From contig OZ024744.1 in the NCBI GenBank assembly GCA_964016885.1, forward strand, positions 44,392,001 to 44,456,000: DNA of 64,000 bases, given 5' to 3'. This document shows, piece after piece, positions 61,101-64,000 of the stretch; within the stretch, counting starts at the first letter, position 1; each line of letters begins with the position of its first letter. The stretch is from Eledone cirrhosa. Taxonomy: Eukaryota. Made by a program: the position numbers and the translations under genes. The notes beneath the pieces were generated by a model. It saw only the letters and a program-made list of their open reading frames with translations, searched no databases and had not been told where the DNA came from.

Positions 61101-64000
61101 ACTCGTACTAAGAGTGGAAAATGAAATTTCGTTTTATTTTTTTTCCTTTTATCGTATTCGGTGCACCCAGCCGATTATCCCACTCGATATGCAAATTGGG
61201 CTACTCAGCCGTTAATATGCATAAGGTAAGTATATACGTTCAACAATCTAGCAGGAAGGTATACGTTGCTGACCATAGCTAATAAGCTTGTAACTAGTAC
61301 AGCGTTCCTTTGTTAGTGTTGAACAAACGAGCAACTATGGTTACTAGACACTACGGCTTAATACGGGATGTTTGTTTAGAAACAAACCGAGCATTATAAT
61401 AAATCTTCGGTGAATCCATACGTGCATATATATATATGTGTGCATGTATGTTTATATATGTACATACTACTGTACGTCTGTATACATATATGTAAGTACG
61501 TGTACATACTTATATTTAAAAACAGCCGTACTAAGAGTGGGAAATGAAATTTCGTTTCATTTTTTCCGTTTATCGTTTTCGGTGCACCCGGCCGATTAAC
61601 CCACTCGATATGCAAATTGTGCTACTCAGCCGTAAATATGCATAAGGTAAGTATATACGTTCAACAATCTGGCAGGAAGGTATACGTTGCTGACGATAGC
61701 TAATAAGCTTGTAACTAGTACAGCGTTCCTTTGTCAGTGTTGAACAAACGAGCAACGATGGTTGCTAGACACTACGGCTTAATACGGGATGTTTGTTTAC
61801 AAACACACCGAGCATTATAATAAATGTTCGGTGAATCCATACGTGCATATATATATATGTGTGCATGTATGTTTATATATATACATACTACTGTACGTCT
61901 GTGTACATATATGTATGTACGTGTACATACTTATATTTAAGTAATAGCCGTACTAAGAGTGGGAAATGAAATTTCGTTTCATCTTTTCCATTTATCGTTT
62001 TCGTAGCACCCGGCCGATTAACCCACTCGATATGCAAATTGGGCTACTCAACCGTTAATATGCATAAGGTAAATAAATACGTTCAACAATCTGGCAGGAA
62101 GGTATACGTTGCTGACGATAGCTAATAAGCTTGAAACTAGTACATCGTTCCTTTGTCAGTGTTGAACAAACGAGCAACGATGGTTGCTAGACACTACGGC
62201 TTAATACGGGATGTTTGTTTACAAACGCACCGAGTATTATAATAAATGTTCGGTGAATCCATACGTGCATATATATATATATGTGTGCATGTATGTATAT
62301 ATATATACATAGTACTGTACGTCTGTATACATATATGGATGTACGTGTACATACTTATATTTAAGTAACACTCGTACTAAGAGTGGAAAATGAAATTTCG
62401 TTTTATTTTTTTTCCTTTTATCGTATTCGGTGCACCCAGCCGATTATCCCACTCGATATGCAAATTGGGCTACTCAGCCGTTAATATGCATAAGGTAAGT
62501 ATATACGTTCAACAATCTAGCAGGAAGGTATACGTTGCTGACCATAGCTAATAAGCTTGTAACTAGTACAGCGTTCCTTTGTTAGTGTTGAACAAACGAG
62601 CAACTATGGTTACTAGACACTACGGCTTAATACGGGATGTTTGTTTAGAAACAAACCGAGCATTATAATAAATCTTCGGTGAATCCATACGTGCATATAT
62701 ATATATGTGTGCATGTATGTTTATATATGTACATACTACTGTACGTCTGTATACATATATGTAAGTACGTGTACATACTTATATTTAAAAACAGCCGTAC
62801 TAAGAGTGGGAAATGAAATTTCGTTTCATTTTTTCCGTTTATCGTTTTCGGTGCACCTGGCCGATTAACCCACTAGATATGCTAATTGGGCTACACAGCC
62901 GTTAATATGCATAAGGTAAGTATATACGTTCAACAATCTGGCAGGAAGGTATACGTTGCTGACGATAGCTAATAAGCTTGTAACTAGTACAGCGTTCCTT
63001 TGTCAGTGTTGAACAAACGAGCAACGATGGTTGCTAGACACTACGGCTTAATACGGGATGTTTGTTTACAAACACACCGAGCATTATAATAAATGTTCGG
63101 TGAATCCATACGTGCATATATATATATATGTGTGCATGTATGTTTATATATATACATACTACTGTACGTCTGTGTACATATATGTATGTACGTGTACATA
63201 CTTATATTTAAGTAATAGCCATACTAAGAGTGGGAAATGAAATTTCGTTTCATCTTTTCCATTTATCGTTTTCGTAGCACCCGGCCGATTAACCCACTCG
63301 ATATGCAAATTGGGCTACTCAACCGTTAATATGCATAAGGTAAATAAATACGTTCAACAATCTGGCAGGAAGGTATACGTTGCTGACGATAGCTAATAAG
63401 CTTGAAACTAGTACATCGTTCCTTTGTCAGTGTTGAACAAACGAGCAACGATGGTTGCTAGACACTACGGCTTAATACGGGATGTTTGTTTACAAACGCA
63501 CCGAGTATTATAATAAATGTTCGGTGAATCCATACGTGCATATATATATATATGTGTGCATGTATGTATATATATATACATAGTACTGTACGTCTGTATA
63601 CATATATGGATGTACGTGTACATACTTATATTTAAGTAATAGCCGTACTAAGAGTGGAAAATGAACTTTCGTTTTATTTTTTTTTTCGTTTATCGTATTC
63701 GGTGCACCCGGCCGATTATCCTACTCGATATGCAAATTGGGCTACTCAGCCGTTAATATGCATAAGGTAAGTATATACGTTCCACAATCTAGCAGGAAGG
63801 TATACGTTGCTGACGATAGCTAATAAGCTTGAAACTAGTACAGCGTTCCTTTGTCAGTGTTGAACAAACGAGCAGCGATGGTTTCTAGACACTACGGTTT
63901 AATACGGGATGTTTGTTTACAAACACACCGAGAATTATAATAAATGTTCGGTGAATCCATACGTGCATATATATATGTGTGCATGTATGTATATATATAC
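49129..64000 (+). repeat. ~420-bp satellite (~35 monomers, runs off the window), one hammerhead ribozyme motif per monomer
   Basis: HHR core recurs at 49462, 49881, 50310, 50728, 51144, 51561, 51978 and onward (spacing 416-430). Confidence 0.96.
51113..51199 (+). ncRNA. Representative type I hammerhead ribozyme of the satellite monomer
   Basis: gttcaaca..tggcaggaa-ggtata-cgttg-CTGACGA-t-agct aata agct-t-GAAA-ctaGTA^cagcg-ttcctttgtca-g-tgttgaac. Confidence 0.88.

Noticed and set aside
49587-63240. Recurrent short ORFs (MHIEWVNRPG.., MLVCSTLTK.., MFVYKH..)
   Set aside because: Incidental frames of the satellite, broken by variable (TA)n length between monomers.

Overview
Eukaryotic, AT-rich, repeat-dominated window. 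It is most likely octopus, inferred from a tRNA-derived SINE with a Nin-like core that resembles the Octopus OK family and from abundant (TA)n. The only cellular gene is an intron-containing S1 (chymotrypsin-fold) serine protease. Its last three exons lie on + (12102-12236, 22672-22817, 23784-23942), and a nearly identical tail-to-tail inverted duplicate of the last two exons lies on - (44025-44170, 43323-43481). Bases 1-12 kb are a 31-bp satellite. The middle is packed with decayed Penelope-like elements (RT + GIY-YIG), their palindromic pLTR remnants with hammerhead ribozyme (HHR) motifs, SINEs, a solo LTR and an RTE fragment, mostly sitting in (TA)n. The most striking feature is a ~420-bp satellite (49129 to the window end, ~35 copies) in which each monomer carries a type I hammerhead ribozyme motif, i.e. 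a retrozyme-like array joined to a truncated Penelope RT. All calls were made by eye, with no folding, alignment or database searches.
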